From positions 107,634 to 171,633 of the forward strand of contig JAWLBL010000009.1 in the NCBI GenBank assembly GCA_041687695.1: a DNA stretch of 64,000 bases, written 5' to 3'. A program made the position numbers and the translations under genes. Positions 52,100 through 62,219 of the stretch are shown in pieces; position 1 is the stretch's first letter, and every line of letters starts with the position of its first letter. Source of the stretch: Myxococcota bacterium. Lineage in GTDB: Bacteria > Myxococcota_A > UBA9042 > PHBI01 > JAWLBL01. The notes beneath the pieces are model-generated. The model was not told the origin of the DNA and made no database searches. It worked only from the letters and a program-made list of their open reading frames with translations.

Positions 52100-54175
52100 C
52101 CGCCCTCTCGCACACCGCCCACCGGCGCCGCCCCCGATGACCAGGCCGTCCGCTACCGGGCGCCCTGGCTCGAGCGCGTTGCGGCCGAGGGCTATACACC
52201 CCGCGACGGTGCATCCGCCGGTCCCACCCACGTCCGCGAGGTCGAGGTGCGGCCCGAGACCTGGGACGAGGAGTCTCGGACGCTCGAGATCGTCTGGACC
52301 ACGGGCGCCGCGGTCACTCGCCGGGACTGGTGGACAGGCGAGCGATGGGTCGAGGAGCTGAGCCTCGAGGCGGACCACGTCCGGCTCGGCCGGCTCAACG
52401 GCGGTGCTCCGCTGCTCGACTCGCACTGGTCCTACGGCACCAGCAGCGTCATCGGCGTCGTGGTCGACGGGACGGGGCGCATCGAGGACGGCCGCGGCCT
52501 GGCCCGCGTGCGACTGAGCCGCGCGCCCGGCGACGCGGACATCACCGGCAAGATCATCGACGGCATCATCCGCTCCATCAGCGTGGGGTACGTCGTCAAC
52601 GAGTGGCTCGAGGTCAACCCCGAGCGGAAGAAGGGCGAGGCGCCCATCTACCGCGCCATCGACTGGGAGCCCCTCGAGGTCAGCGCAGTTTCGATTCCCG
52701 CGGACGCGGGATCCGGCTTCCGCGGCGCGAGCCGCAATGCACAGGAGAGGCCCATGCCCCCCGAGAAGAAGAGCCGCGCCGAAGAGGCCGACGAGACCTG
52801 CCCCGAGTGCGAGGGCCAGGGCGAGGACTGCACCTGCGACGACGAGGCGGCTCGGGCGGCGAAGGCCGATGCCGAGCGGGCGGAGAAGGAACGCGTCCGG
52901 GCCGAGGAGCGCGCCCGCATCCGTGGCATCGAGAGCGGCGCCGAGGCGCTCGGCCTCGACAAGAACGACGCCGAGGTGCGCAAGCTCGTGGACGAGGCCG
53001 TCCCGCTCGGCAAGGCGCGCAGCCGCCTGTTCGAGCTCGCGGCCGAGCGCGACGGCAAGGGCACCCGCGGTCGGCACGGCGGCAACATCGAGGTGGGCAC
53101 GGAGGAGCGGACCAAGATCCTCGGCGGCTTCGAGAACGCCCTCGCACACCGGCTCGGGCGCGGCGACCTGACCGACGTCGGCCGGCCGTTCCGCGGGCTG
53201 TCGCTCGGGGAGATGGCGCGCATGAGCCTGGTGCGCGCTGGCCGCATCGACTCCGGCGCCTCGATCCCGGAGGTCGCGCAGGTGCTCTTCGAGCGCTCGG
53301 GCATGCACTCGGGCGACGACTTCCCGATCCTCCTGTCGAACGTCGCCAACAAGTCCCTGCGCGACCAGTACCAGCGCCTCGAGCGGACTTTCGTGAAGTT
53401 CGGGCGCCGCACGACGCTGAAGGACTTCAAGCAGGTCACCAGGACCCAGCTCGGCGAGGGCTCGAAGCTCAAGAAGAAGCTGCCCGGTGCCGAGATCAAG
53501 TTCGGCACCATCGGGGAGGCGAAGGAGCAGTACGCGCTCGCCACGTACGCGGGCGGGTACATGTTCACCCGCGAGATGCTCATCGACGACGACCTCGACG
53601 CGTTCTCGCGCCTGCCGAGCCTCGAGGCCGCCCAGGTCGTCGACATGGAGAACCTCGTGACCTGGGAGCAGATCACGAGCAACCCGACGATGGGCGACGG
53701 CAAGACGCTCTTCCACGCCGACCACAAGAACCTCGCGAGCGCCGCCGCGCCGGGCGCCACGGCGCTGAACGCCGGCCGCAAGCTGATGCGCACCCAGACG
53801 GGCGTCGACGGCGCCAAGATCCGCCTGCGGCCGCGCTTCATCTTCACGCCCGAGGCGCAGCTCGGCGCGTGGGAGCAGCTCTACAGCCCGAACTACAAGC
53901 CGACGGCCAAGGAGACGGCGATGACCGACGATCTCCTGCGCCTGGAGATCATCGCCGAGCCGCTGCTCGACGACGTGTCCGAGACCAACTGGTACCTCGG
54001 CGCCGATCCCGCGGTCGTCGACACGCTCGAGTACGCCTACCTCCAGGGGGCCGAGGGGCCGCAGATGGCGTCGGAGATCAAGTTCGGCGTCGGGATGTGG
54101 TTCGCCGTTTTTGAGGATTTTGCGGCGAAGGTCATCGAATGGCGCGCGTTCGTGAAGAACCCGTACGCCGGCTGA
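52097..54175 (+). CDS. prohead protease / major capsid fusion protein
   Basis: PLLDSH, ISVGY, WEPLEVSAVSIPAD protease; capsid part HSGDDFP.LL.NVANK, TREMLIDDDL, LFHADHKN. Confidence 0.92.
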   Translation: MPPSRTPPTGAAPDDQAVRYRAPWLERVAAEGYTPRDGASAGPTHVREVEVRPETWDEESRTLEIVWTTGAAVTRRDWWTGERWVEELSLEADHVRLGRLNGGAPLLDSHWSYGTSSVIGVVVDGTGRIEDGRGLARVRLSRAPGDADITGKIIDGIIRSISVGYVVNEWLEVNPERKKGEAPIYRAIDWEPLEVSAVSIPADAGSGFRGASRNAQERPMPPEKKSRAEEADETCPECEGQGEDCTCDDEAARAAKADAERAEKERVRAEERARIRGIESGAEALGLDKNDAEVRKLVDEAVPLGKARSRLFELAAERDGKGTRGRHGGNIEVGTEERTKILGGFENALAHRLGRGDLTDVGRPFRGLSLGEMARMSLVRAGRIDSGASIPEVAQVLFERSGMHSGDDFPILLSNVANKSLRDQYQRLERTFVKFGRRTTLKDFKQVTRTQLGEGSKLKKKLPGAEIKFGTIGEAKEQYALATYAGGYMFTREMLIDDDLDAFSRLPSLEAAQVVDMENLVTWEQITSNPTMGDGKTLFHADHKNLASAAAPGATALNAGRKLMRTQTGVDGAKIRLRPRFIFTPEAQLGAWEQLYSPNYKPTAKETAMTDDLLRLEIIAEPLLDDVSETNWYLGADPAVVDTLEYAYLQGAEGPQMASEIKFGVGMWFAVFEDFAAKVIEWRAFVKNPYAG

Positions 54176-54232
54176 TCCTCGAGCACACCAACCGAAGAAC
54201 CGGGCGGGCTCGAACCGCCCTCGGAGCACAGC

Positions 54233-54763
54233 ATGGCCACCAACTTCACTCAGGACGGCGATCGCCTGACCCTCACCGCCCCTTCGGGCGGCGTGGTGAA
54301 GGACAAGGTCTACGTCATCGGCGACCTGGTCGTCGTGGCGCTCGGAAGCGCCGCCGAGGGCGCCGACTTCGTCGGCTGTCGGCGCGGTGTCTTCGCGCTC
54401 GACAAGGAGGCGGATCTCGCCATCACGGCGGGTGACATCGTCTTCTGGGCCACGGACACCCTCGAGGCGACGGCCGACGAGACCGACAAGGCCGTCGGAT
54501 ACGCCATCGCCGACGCCGCGGCCGACGACGACACGGTCGAGGTCGTGCTGACCCCGGACATGAGCCCGAACGTCCTCGCCTCGGTGCTCGCGATCCCGAA
54601 GCACAACTTCGCCGCTGGCGCCGCGCCGGGGGTCGGCGACGACTCGGCGGACGGCTACTCGGTCGGCTCGATGTGGTTCGACACCACCAACGACGAGATC
54701 TACGGCTGCGTCGACGCCAGCGAGGGCGCCGCCGTCTGGAAGCAGCTCAGCAACGCGGCCTGA
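54233..54763 (+). CDS. DUF2190-like capsid cement/decoration protein with C-terminal extension
   Basis: MATNF.QDG..LTLTAP.GGV......G....VA...GVF.L.K. Confidence 0.8.
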   Translation: MATNFTQDGDRLTLTAPSGGVVKDKVYVIGDLVVVALGSAAEGADFVGCRRGVFALDKEADLAITAGDIVFWATDTLEATADETDKAVGYAIADAAADDDTVEVVLTPDMSPNVLASVLAIPKHNFAAGAAPGVGDDSADGYSVGSMWFDTTNDEIYGCVDASEGAAVWKQLSNAA

Positions 54764-54779
54764 TAGGAGCTGACGCGCG

Positions 54780-55097
54780 ATGGTGCAGTGGGACCGCCTG
54801 ACCGACATGACCAACCGGATGGTCACCAAGACCTTCGGTCGCGCGGTCGTGTACACGCCGAGCGGCGGCGGTCCCCTCACCACGCGCGCCGTCTTCGACG
54901 CGGCCCACCAGCAGATCGAACTCGACGACGGCATCGCCCACAACACCACCCGGCCCGTGCTGCACGTGCGCCTGGCGGACCTCGACACGGCGCCCCGCAA
55001 GGATGACCGGGTCGAGGTGCAGGACGTGACCTACGCGGTCACCGAGGTGCACCCCGACGGCCGCGGCGGCGCGACCCTCTACCTGGTGCGACGATGA
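54780..55097 (+). CDS. head-tail joining protein
   Basis: FG..V.Y.P.GG.....AVFD...P.KDD.V......Y.V.EV.PDG.G. Confidence 0.75.
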   Translation: MVQWDRLTDMTNRMVTKTFGRAVVYTPSGGGPLTTRAVFDAAHQQIELDDGIAHNTTRPVLHVRLADLDTAPRKDDRVEVQDVTYAVTEVHPDGRGGATLYLVRR

Positions 55098-55663
55098 CGA
55101 CGCCCACCGACATCCGGCTGGCCACGCTGGCCGTCGTTGCGGCGGCCCTGCCGACCTGGACGGCGCACGACTCGCGCATCACCCCCCTGAGCGACGACGA
55201 GCTGCTCGAGGGGCCGGCGCTGGTCGCGCTGACCGGGACCGGCGTCGAGGAGGAGAGCGAGGGCGGGACGGGGTCGTACACCCGGACCGAGGACGTCATT
55301 GTCGAGGCTCACTTCATCGTGGACCCCGAGACGCCGTCCCCCGAGGCCGCGCTCGCCGCCCAGCTCGACGTGCTCGAGCGCGGCATCAAGGATGCCCTGT
55401 TCCGCGACACGGCCTGGCGCAATCGATTCGAAGACGTCGCCAGGATGCGGGTCACGAAGGGCCGCCACAACGAGAGCGCGCACCACCGCGGCGCGGTCGT
55501 GATCGCGTTCACGGTCGCGTACCACGAGGGCTACGGCTACGAGCCCGACGACGACGAGGACCTCTCCGAGGTGCGCATCGCCGTCGACTGCATCGTCCAC
55601 GGCACGGGCCAGCCGGACGGGACCATCGAGGCCGAGGCCTACCACGAGCTGGAGGGCGCATGA
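55094..55663 (+). CDS. probable tail terminator / neck protein
   Basis: Position between head-tail joining and sheath genes; ATGA overlaps. Confidence 0.55.
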   Translation: MTTPTDIRLATLAVVAAALPTWTAHDSRITPLSDDELLEGPALVALTGTGVEEESEGGTGSYTRTEDVIVEAHFIVDPETPSPEAALAAQLDVLERGIKDALFRDTAWRNRFEDVARMRVTKGRHNESAHHRGAVVIAFTVAYHEGYGYEPDDDEDLSEVRIAVDCIVHGTGQPDGTIEAEAYHELEGA

Positions 55664-55851
55664 GCCGCATCCACGTCTACCCGGCGCCCGGCCTCCAGGT
55701 CGCGATCCCCCTCGAGGAGCGCCGCCGCGGCGGGCCGACGCACCTGCCCGCCACGGGCGCCCCCGTCTCCCTGACCACCTACTGGCGCCGCCGTCTCGCC
55801 GCGGCCGACGTCACCACCGAGCCGACGCCGGCGCCGGCGCCCGAGGCCTGA
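55660..55851 (+). CDS. DUF2635-like (Mu gp38-like) small tail protein
   Basis: V.PAPG..V......LP..G..V....YWRRRL...DV. Confidence 0.8.
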   Translation: MSRIHVYPAPGLQVAIPLEERRRGGPTHLPATGAPVSLTTYWRRRLAAADVTTEPTPAPAPEA

Positions 55852-55852
55852 C

Positions 55853-57343
55853 ATGACCGTCCCCTTCGCCACGCTCCCCGCCAACACCCGCGTCCCGCTG
55901 TTCTACGCCGAGGTCGACGCCAGCCAGGCCGGCACTCCGGTGGCCGACGTGTACCCGGCGCTCATCGTGGCGCAGCGTCTTTCGACGGGGTCGGTCGCGG
56001 CGGGAGTCCTGACGCGCGTGTTCGGCGCTGACCAGGCAGCCACCTACTTCGGCCGCGGCAGCATCGCGCACCGGATGGTCCACGCCTACCGCGCCAATGA
56101 CCCGACCGGCGAGTTGTGGGTCATCGCGCTGGACGATGACGCCTCGGGCGTGGCGGCCACGGGCGAGATCGAGGTCACCGGCACGGCGACCGCCGACGGC
56201 ACCCTGTCCATCTACATCGCCGGCCAGCTCGTCGAGGTCGCCGTCGCCGACGAGGACACCGCGACCGACATCGCCACGGCGGTGGCGGCGGCCATCAACG
56301 CCGACACCAACCTGCCTGTGACCGCGGCCGCGGAGCTGGGCGTCGTCACCCTGACCGCCCGCAACGCGGGCACCCAGGGCAACGCCATCGACGTCCGCCT
56401 CAACTACCGGGGGCCCGAGTACGGCGAGGAGACCCCCGCGGGCGTCGACGCCGCCATCGTGGCGATGGCCGATGGCGCGACCGACCCCTCGGTGGCGGAC
56501 GCCATCACCGCGATGGGCGACATCGCGTACGACCACGTCGCCACCGGCCTCAGCGACGCCGGCAACCTCGACCTCCTGGTCGCCGAGTACGACGACCTGA
56601 CGGGCCGGTGGTCGCCGCTCCGGCAGATCTACGGCCACGTGTGGGCCGCCCGCGTCGCCTCGCACGGCACGCTGACGACCCTCGGCAGCGGCCGCAACAA
56701 CCCGCACGAGACCATCGTCGGCATCGCCGGCACACCGACGCCGCCCTGGGAGATCGCGGCGGCGGTGATGGCCCAGGCGGCCCGCGCCCTCAACGACGAT
56801 CCCGCCCTGCCGCTCCAGACTCTCATCCTCCGCGGCGTGCTGGCCCCCGCCGTCGCGGCGCGCTTCACGTGGAGCGAGCGCAACGCACTGCTCCACGACG
56901 GCATCTCGACCCTGGCCGTCACGGCCACGGGAGAGGTCGCCATCGAGCGGGCGATCTCGACGTATCAGCGCAACGCCCACGGCGGCGCCGACGACGCCTG
57001 GCTCGACGTCACCACCCCCTACACCCTGGCCCGCATCCTGCGAACCCTGCGGTCGAGGGTCCTGCAGAGGTTCGGTCGGACTCGCCTGGTCGACAACGGC
57101 ACGCGCCTGCGGCCCGGCGTCCGCGGCGTGACGCCCAACGTCATCCGCGCGGAGCTGATCGCCACCTACCGCGAGCTCGAGGGGAACGGCCTGGTGGAGA
57201 ACGCCGACGCCTTCATCGCTGGGCTCGTCGTCGAGCGCAACGCCGGCAATCCCACTCGCGTCGACGTCCTCTTCCCCCCGGACCTCGCCAACCCCCTGAC
57301 GGTGCTCGGCGTCCTCGCCCAGTACCGCCTGCAGACCACCTGA
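55853..57343 (+). CDS. contractile tail sheath protein (Mu gpL-like)
   Basis: RVPLFYAEVD, FGRGS, LPVTA, ERN.LL.DGIST, RVDVLFPPDL. Confidence 0.95.
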   Translation: MTVPFATLPANTRVPLFYAEVDASQAGTPVADVYPALIVAQRLSTGSVAAGVLTRVFGADQAATYFGRGSIAHRMVHAYRANDPTGELWVIALDDDASGVAATGEIEVTGTATADGTLSIYIAGQLVEVAVADEDTATDIATAVAAAINADTNLPVTAAAELGVVTLTARNAGTQGNAIDVRLNYRGPEYGEETPAGVDAAIVAMADGATDPSVADAITAMGDIAYDHVATGLSDAGNLDLLVAEYDDLTGRWSPLRQIYGHVWAARVASHGTLTTLGSGRNNPHETIVGIAGTPTPPWEIAAAVMAQAARALNDDPALPLQTLILRGVLAPAVAARFTWSERNALLHDGISTLAVTATGEVAIERAISTYQRNAHGGADDAWLDVTTPYTLARILRTLRSRVLQRFGRTRLVDNGTRLRPGVRGVTPNVIRAELIATYRELEGNGLVENADAFIAGLVVERNAGNPTRVDVLFPPDLANPLTVLGVLAQYRLQTT

Positions 57344-57353
57344 GGAGCCTCCC

Positions 57354-57716
57354 ATGGCCGGTAACAAGTTCGCCGGGACCTGCTACGTGGCGGCGGGCGA
57401 GCGTCAGCTCGTCGTCGCGGGCGAGGTCAGCCACAACCTCGGCCAGAGGGCCACCCGCGAGACCCAGACCGGACTCAATGGCCCGGTGGGCTTTTCCGAG
57501 CAGCTCACCACCCCCTTCGTCGAGGTCGAGGTGATGGACGCCGGCGACGACCTCGAGGCCCTCGCCGACCTCGAGGACGGAACCATCACCGTCGAGAACG
57601 CCAACGGCCGGGTCGGCGTCCTCGCGAACGCCTGGCAGGTCAACGACGTGACGAAGACCGCAAGCAATGGCCGAGCGACCCTCCGCTTCGAGGGCCTGAG
57701 GAGCGACCGCACGTGA
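57354..57716 (+). CDS. tail tube protein (Mu gpM-like)
   Basis: AGTCY...RETQTGLNG.VGFSE....PF...ANG....L.NAW...L.FEG. Confidence 0.88.
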   Translation: MAGNKFAGTCYVAAGERQLVVAGEVSHNLGQRATRETQTGLNGPVGFSEQLTTPFVEVEVMDAGDDLEALADLEDGTITVENANGRVGVLANAWQVNDVTKTASNGRATLRFEGLRSDRT

Positions 57717-57979
57717 GCAGCAAGACCGTCCAGCTGAGCTATCCCGTCGAGGCCCACGGCAAGACGATCAACGAGATCACCCTGCGGCGCCCCAAGGGCG
57801 CCGACCTGCGTGCCGTCGACGGCATGGACAAGTGGGCGGAGACGGTGACCTTGATCTCCCGTCTTGGATCCATCCCGCCCTCGTCCGCCAACGAGATGGA
57901 CGCCGTCGACGTGGTCGCCTGCGGGGTGGTCATCGCCGATTTTTTGCGGCCTTCCCCGCCGACTGGCGGGAGCGAGTAG
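57713..57979 (+). CDS. tail assembly chaperone (Mu gp41 / P2 E-like)
   Basis: L.YPV......EITLRRPKG.DL...MDAVD; ends near the TTTTTTG slippery site. Confidence 0.85.
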   Translation: MSSKTVQLSYPVEAHGKTINEITLRRPKGADLRAVDGMDKWAETVTLISRLGSIPPSSANEMDAVDVVACGVVIADFLRPSPPTGGSE

Positions 57980-58101
57980 CCGACCTCGTCCACTGGTACC
58001 GCTGGTCGCCCTCGGACGGCTGGGAGCTCGAGGCCGACGAGATCCGCTGGTGGATCGAGCAGGCGAACCGGATCGTAGAGGAGCAGCGACGTGGCCAGTG
58101 A
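57940..58101 (+). CDS. -1 frameshift extension of the tail chaperone (E+E' type)
   Basis: TTTTTTG at 57940-57946; the -1 frame reads ADLVHWYRWSPSDGWEL...WWIEQA (GpE-like). Confidence 0.8.
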   Translation, partial: FFAAFPADWRERVADLVHWYRWSPSDGWELEADEIRWWIEQANRIVEEQRRGQ

Positions 58102-59926
58102 AGTCGGGATCAGCGCCGCCATCGGCCTGCAGGACAGCTTCACCGCGCCGCTCGCGAAGGCGGCGTCGACGGCGCGCGTGGCCATGCGCGGCGCCCTGGA
58201 GGACATCCAGCGGGCGGCCCTGGGGGCGTCGCTCGGGATCGCCAAAGTCTCGTCGTCGACCGACTCGCTGACGCAGGCCGCCGCGCGCTACCAGCGCGAA
58301 GCCGAGGGCATCACGCCCATCGATCAGATGCGCCTCGAGCTGACCGATGCCCGAGCCAAGGGCCTGTCCGAGCTGGCCATGATGATCGAGCGGAACATCG
58401 CCGTCGCTCGCATCGAGCAGCGCGTGGCCAAGGGCGAGATCACCAACGACCGCGCTCGCCTCGAGATCCAGATCGTCGACATCGAGCAGACGAAGCGGCT
58501 GAGCGAGCTGAAGGCCAAGAAGTCCGCCGAGACCAAGAAGGCGGGCGAGGCGGCCAAGAAGGCGGGCGCGGACGCGAGGAGGGGCGCCGGCGGCTGGAAG
58601 CGGCTGGGTGACCGACTCCGGTCGGTGCGCAGCACCATCGGCAAGTTCGTCGGCCTCGGCAGCCTCGTCGGCGGTGTCTCCGTCGTAGGCGCCGCCGGCG
58701 GCATCATGCGCCTGGTCGACGGCCACGCGCAGGCGACCGACGTCATGGCGAAGTTCGCCTCGCGAGTGGGGATGGGGATCGAGACGCTGCAGGAGTACGA
58801 GTACGCCGCTGGCATCGCGGGCATCACCAGCGACGAGTTCCGCGACTCGCTCTCGGAGCTGTCGCAACGCATCGGGGAGGCGAAGCTCGGCGAAGGCGAG
58901 CTGCTCACATTCCTGAAGCGCGCCAGTCCGGCCCTGCTCGAGCAGGTGAAGGGCGCGCGCGACAACGGCGAGGCCTTCGAGCTGATGGTGCAGGCGATGC
59001 GCCAGATCGAGGACCCCACGAAAAGGGCGGCGGTCGCGAGCAAGGTCTTCGGAGAGTCCGGCAAGAAGATGGCGTTGATGGCCAACCTCTCCACCGCCGA
59101 GCTGCTGAAGCTCCGCGCCGAGCAGGAAGCGAACGGCAACGTCACGGCCGAGGGCGCGAAGCTCGCCGAGGAGTACGCTGACGCCAAGTCGCGCCTGGGC
59201 TCAGCCGTGCGCGGCGTCGCGGTTTCGGTGGCGTCCGATCTCCTGCCCAAGGTGACGCCGCTGCTCGGTCGTCTGACAGAATGGGTCCGCGCCAACCGAG
59301 AGATCATCGCGACCAAGCTCACGAACTTCGTCGTCGGCCTCGGTGAGGCCCTCGGCAGCATCGACTGGCAGGCAGTGGTCTCAGGCATCGGCCGGTTCGT
59401 GGAGGGGCTCGTCCGCGCCGCGGAGTGGCTCGGGCCGGACGGGATGATCATCGTAGGCATCGGCGCCATGGGCGCGGCGCTGACTCTCTCGTTGGGACCG
59501 ATCGGGCTGGTGCTGTCGGGCGTCGCGCTGCTGGCGGTGTACTGGGACGATGTCACCGCTGCTGCGAAGCGCGCGCTCGAGGTGGCGAGCGAGGCCACGA
59601 GCTGGCTGCAGCGCATCCCGGGCATTGGCCACGTATTCGGCGGGGCAGGGACCTCAGGCCTCGTGCGCGACGTCGTCGGCCAACACCAGGCAGACCTCGA
59701 GGAGCGGGCGAAGCAGGTCGACCCGGCCGAGTTCAGCCAGCGGATGTTCGGGGTCTCGCTGCCGCGGCTGGCCGGCGCTGACGGCGCGTCCGGACGCGTC
59801 CAGGTCGAGGTCGACTTCCGCAACCTCCCCGACGGCGCCCGCGTGAACACCGAGACCTCGGACCCCGCCCGGGTTCCGGTGAAGGCCGACGTCGGCCGCC
59901 GCACGCTCGGCACGGGGGCCCCATGA
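58091..59926 (+). CDS. tail tape measure protein
   Basis: Long Ala/Gly-rich helical ORF after the chaperones; C-terminal V.VDF.NLP.G.RV. Confidence 0.88.
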   Translation: MASEVGISAAIGLQDSFTAPLAKAASTARVAMRGALEDIQRAALGASLGIAKVSSSTDSLTQAAARYQREAEGITPIDQMRLELTDARAKGLSELAMMIERNIAVARIEQRVAKGEITNDRARLEIQIVDIEQTKRLSELKAKKSAETKKAGEAAKKAGADARRGAGGWKRLGDRLRSVRSTIGKFVGLGSLVGGVSVVGAAGGIMRLVDGHAQATDVMAKFASRVGMGIETLQEYEYAAGIAGITSDEFRDSLSELSQRIGEAKLGEGELLTFLKRASPALLEQVKGARDNGEAFELMVQAMRQIEDPTKRAAVASKVFGESGKKMALMANLSTAELLKLRAEQEANGNVTAEGAKLAEEYADAKSRLGSAVRGVAVSVASDLLPKVTPLLGRLTEWVRANREIIATKLTNFVVGLGEALGSIDWQAVVSGIGRFVEGLVRAAEWLGPDGMIIVGIGAMGAALTLSLGPIGLVLSGVALLAVYWDDVTAAAKRALEVASEATSWLQRIPGIGHVFGGAGTSGLVRDVVGQHQADLEERAKQVDPAEFSQRMFGVSLPRLAGADGASGRVQVEVDFRNLPDGARVNTETSDPARVPVKADVGRRTLGTGAP

Positions 59927-61071
59927 CCTGGCGCGACGAGCTGCGCCCGGCCTCGTTCCGCGGCGTCCCGTTCGAGGCGACCCAGACCGGCGGCACGTTC
60001 GGCCGCCGCCTGGTCGAGCACGAGTACCCCCAGCGCGACGTCCCCGGGGTCGAGGACCTCGGGCGCGCCATCCGCCCGATCACCCTGACCGCGTTCGTCA
60101 TCGGCGCCGAGTACCGCGCCTCCCGGGACGCGCTGCTCGACGCGCTCGAGGCGCCCGGGCCCGGGACGCTCGTGCACCCCTGGCTCGGCACCCTGCGGGT
60201 CTACGCGCGCCCGGGCTCCTACTCCGAGAGCTCGGCCGAGGGGGGCATGGCGCGGTTCGAGCTGAGCTTCATCGAGGCCGGCTCGGCGTCGTTCCCGTCC
60301 GTCGTCCCCGACACCAAGGCGGCCGCCGTCGCCGCGGCCGACGTCGCGATCGAGGCCGTCGGCGCCGCCGCCGCGAGCGAGCTGCAGGTGAGCGGCGTCG
60401 CCGAGTGGCTCCCCAGCCGCGCGGCCCGCACGCTCACGCGCCAGATCGCCAGCGTCCGCCAGACCATCACCGGCCCGGGCGCCGGCGTCGTCGCCGAGGT
60501 GGCGGCGGTGACCCGCGCCCTCGACAGCATCGACACGAGCTCGCCCATAGACGAGCTGCTCGGCCAGCTCGACGCCGCGCTGCGCCTGGTCGGCTCGGTG
60601 CGGCCGCTGCGCCTCCTGACGACCGAGGCCGGCGCCGCCCCGCCCGCGCTCTCCGGCACGGTGGCCGACCAGGTCGCCGCCATGAACGACTGGGTCATCG
60701 AGCGCGCCGTCGTCCGCGCCGCCCTCGCGGCCACCGTCGCCCTCGCCAGCTCGGAGGCCTGGGACACGCACGACGAGGCCATCGCCCTGCGCGACGAGAC
60801 CGCCGCCCGCATCTCGGCAGAGGCCGAGCTCGAGCAGGACGCCACGGCCTACGCCGCCCTCGTCGATCTGCGCGCGGCCCTCATCGACGACCTCACCGCC
60901 CGCGCCGCCCCCCTGGCCCGCCTGCGCACGATCACCCCGCCGACGGTGACGAGCACCCTCGAGCTGGCCCAGCTGCTCTACGCCGACCCCGCCCGCGCCG
61001 AGGAGATCGCGGCGCGCAACCGCATCTCGCACCCGGGCTTCGTCTCGCGCTCGGTCCTGGTGGTCTCGTGA
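59923..61071 (+). CDS. DNA circularization protein (Mu gpN-like)
   Basis: W...LRPASFRGVPF, GRR...HEYP.RD...EDLGR, GPGTLVHPW, IAARN.I.HPGF. Confidence 0.93.
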   Translation: MTWRDELRPASFRGVPFEATQTGGTFGRRLVEHEYPQRDVPGVEDLGRAIRPITLTAFVIGAEYRASRDALLDALEAPGPGTLVHPWLGTLRVYARPGSYSESSAEGGMARFELSFIEAGSASFPSVVPDTKAAAVAAADVAIEAVGAAAASELQVSGVAEWLPSRAARTLTRQIASVRQTITGPGAGVVAEVAAVTRALDSIDTSSPIDELLGQLDAALRLVGSVRPLRLLTTEAGAAPPALSGTVADQVAAMNDWVIERAVVRAALAATVALASSEAWDTHDEAIALRDETAARISAEAELEQDATAYAALVDLRAALIDDLTARAAPLARLRTITPPTVTSTLELAQLLYADPARAEEIAARNRISHPGFVSRSVLVVS

Positions 61072-62219
61072 CGGCCCTGGCCCCGAGCAACCTGGTCCGC
61101 CTGCTGGTCAACGGCCGCTGGCACGAGGGCTGGACGTCGGCGACGGTCACCCGCGACATCGAGCAGCTCGCGGCGACGTGGTCGGTCTCGCTCGCCTCGA
61201 CGTACCCGGACCAGGTCGGCCTGACCAGCCTGCGCGCCGACGACCTGGTCGACATCTACATCGGCGACGACCTGGTCATCACGGGATTCGTGGACCAGGC
61301 CGGCGTCGAGGAGGACGCGAAGAGCTCGTCGGGCGTCGCCTCCGGCCGCTCCCGCACCGGCGAGCTCGCCGACTGCAGCCCCGACCCGGACGGGCCGGTG
61401 ACGTTCCGCAACCAGAAGCTCGAGGTGATCGCCGAGCAGCTCGCCGACTACTACGACGTCGAGGTGGTCTGCGATGTGGACACCGGGCCGCGGCTCGGCC
61501 GCCTGCGCATCCAGACCGAGGAGAGCGTGTTCGACTCGATCGAGCGCGCCTCGCGCGACCGGGGCCTGTTGCTGACCGACGATGCCTGGGGCCGCCTGGT
61601 CATGACCCGCGCCGGAACCGGCCGCGCGGACGACCCCCTCGTGCGCGGGCCGCGAGGGAACATCCTGCAGGGCGGCGCGCGGGCGGTCAGCTCGGGCCGC
61701 TTCAGCGAGTACAGGGTGAAGGGCCAGCGCGCGGCAGGCAGCGACTGGGACTCCGGCGCCGACGTCACGGCGGCCGTTGGCGGCGCGCGCGACGTCGACC
61801 TGCAGCGACGCAGGGTCAAGGTCATCAAGCCGTCGGGCGCGGCCGACGCGGCCCGGTGTCGCGAGCTGGCCGAGTGGGAGGCGACGACCCGCGCCGGCAA
61901 GGGGCTGACGGCCGCGTACATCGTGCAGGGCTGGCGGCAGAGCACGGGCCGCCTCTGGGCGACCAACGAGAGGGTCCTCGTCACCGATCCCCGCGTCGGG
62001 TTCGCGGCGACCGAGCTGCTCATCACGGCCGTGACCTTCAGCCTCGACGCCCGCGCCGGCTCGCTCACCGCCCTACAGCTCGCCCCCGTACAGGGCTTCG
62101 CCCCGCCGCCGGCGCGGCAGCCGGGGACCGGGGGCGGTGGGACCCTCAAAGAGCTGAGCAACGGCGCCGAGCTGCCGTACTGGTCCCGCATCCTCACCTC
62201 CGTGCAGAACGAACGATGA
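61068..62219 (+). CDS. baseplate hub protein (Mu gpP/gp44-like)
   Basis: L.VNG....GW...V.R.IE, ITGFVD, GRSRT..L.DCS, RFSEY.VKGQ, V.GWRQ..G.LW..N. Confidence 0.9.
   Translation: MTALAPSNLVRLLVNGRWHEGWTSATVTRDIEQLAATWSVSLASTYPDQVGLTSLRADDLVDIYIGDDLVITGFVDQAGVEEDAKSSSGVASGRSRTGELADCSPDPDGPVTFRNQKLEVIAEQLADYYDVEVVCDVDTGPRLGRLRIQTEESVFDSIERASRDRGLLLTDDAWGRLVMTRAGTGRADDPLVRGPRGNILQGGARAVSSGRFSEYRVKGQRAAGSDWDSGADVTAAVGGARDVDLQRRRVKVIKPSGAADAARCRELAEWEATTRAGKGLTAAYIVQGWRQSTGRLWATNERVLVTDPRVGFAATELLITAVTFSLDARAGSLTALQLAPVQGFAPPPARQPGTGGGGTLKELSNGAELPYWSRILTSVQNER

Noticed and set aside
54101..54232. Stop readthrough or frameshift fusing the capsid to the DUF2190 protein
   Set aside because: The genes are in frame with 19 stop-free codons between them, and T-rich codons occur near 54107-54121. 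However, this is likely by chance in GC-rich DNA, there is no canonical slippery heptamer, and the downstream gene has its own GGAG RBS
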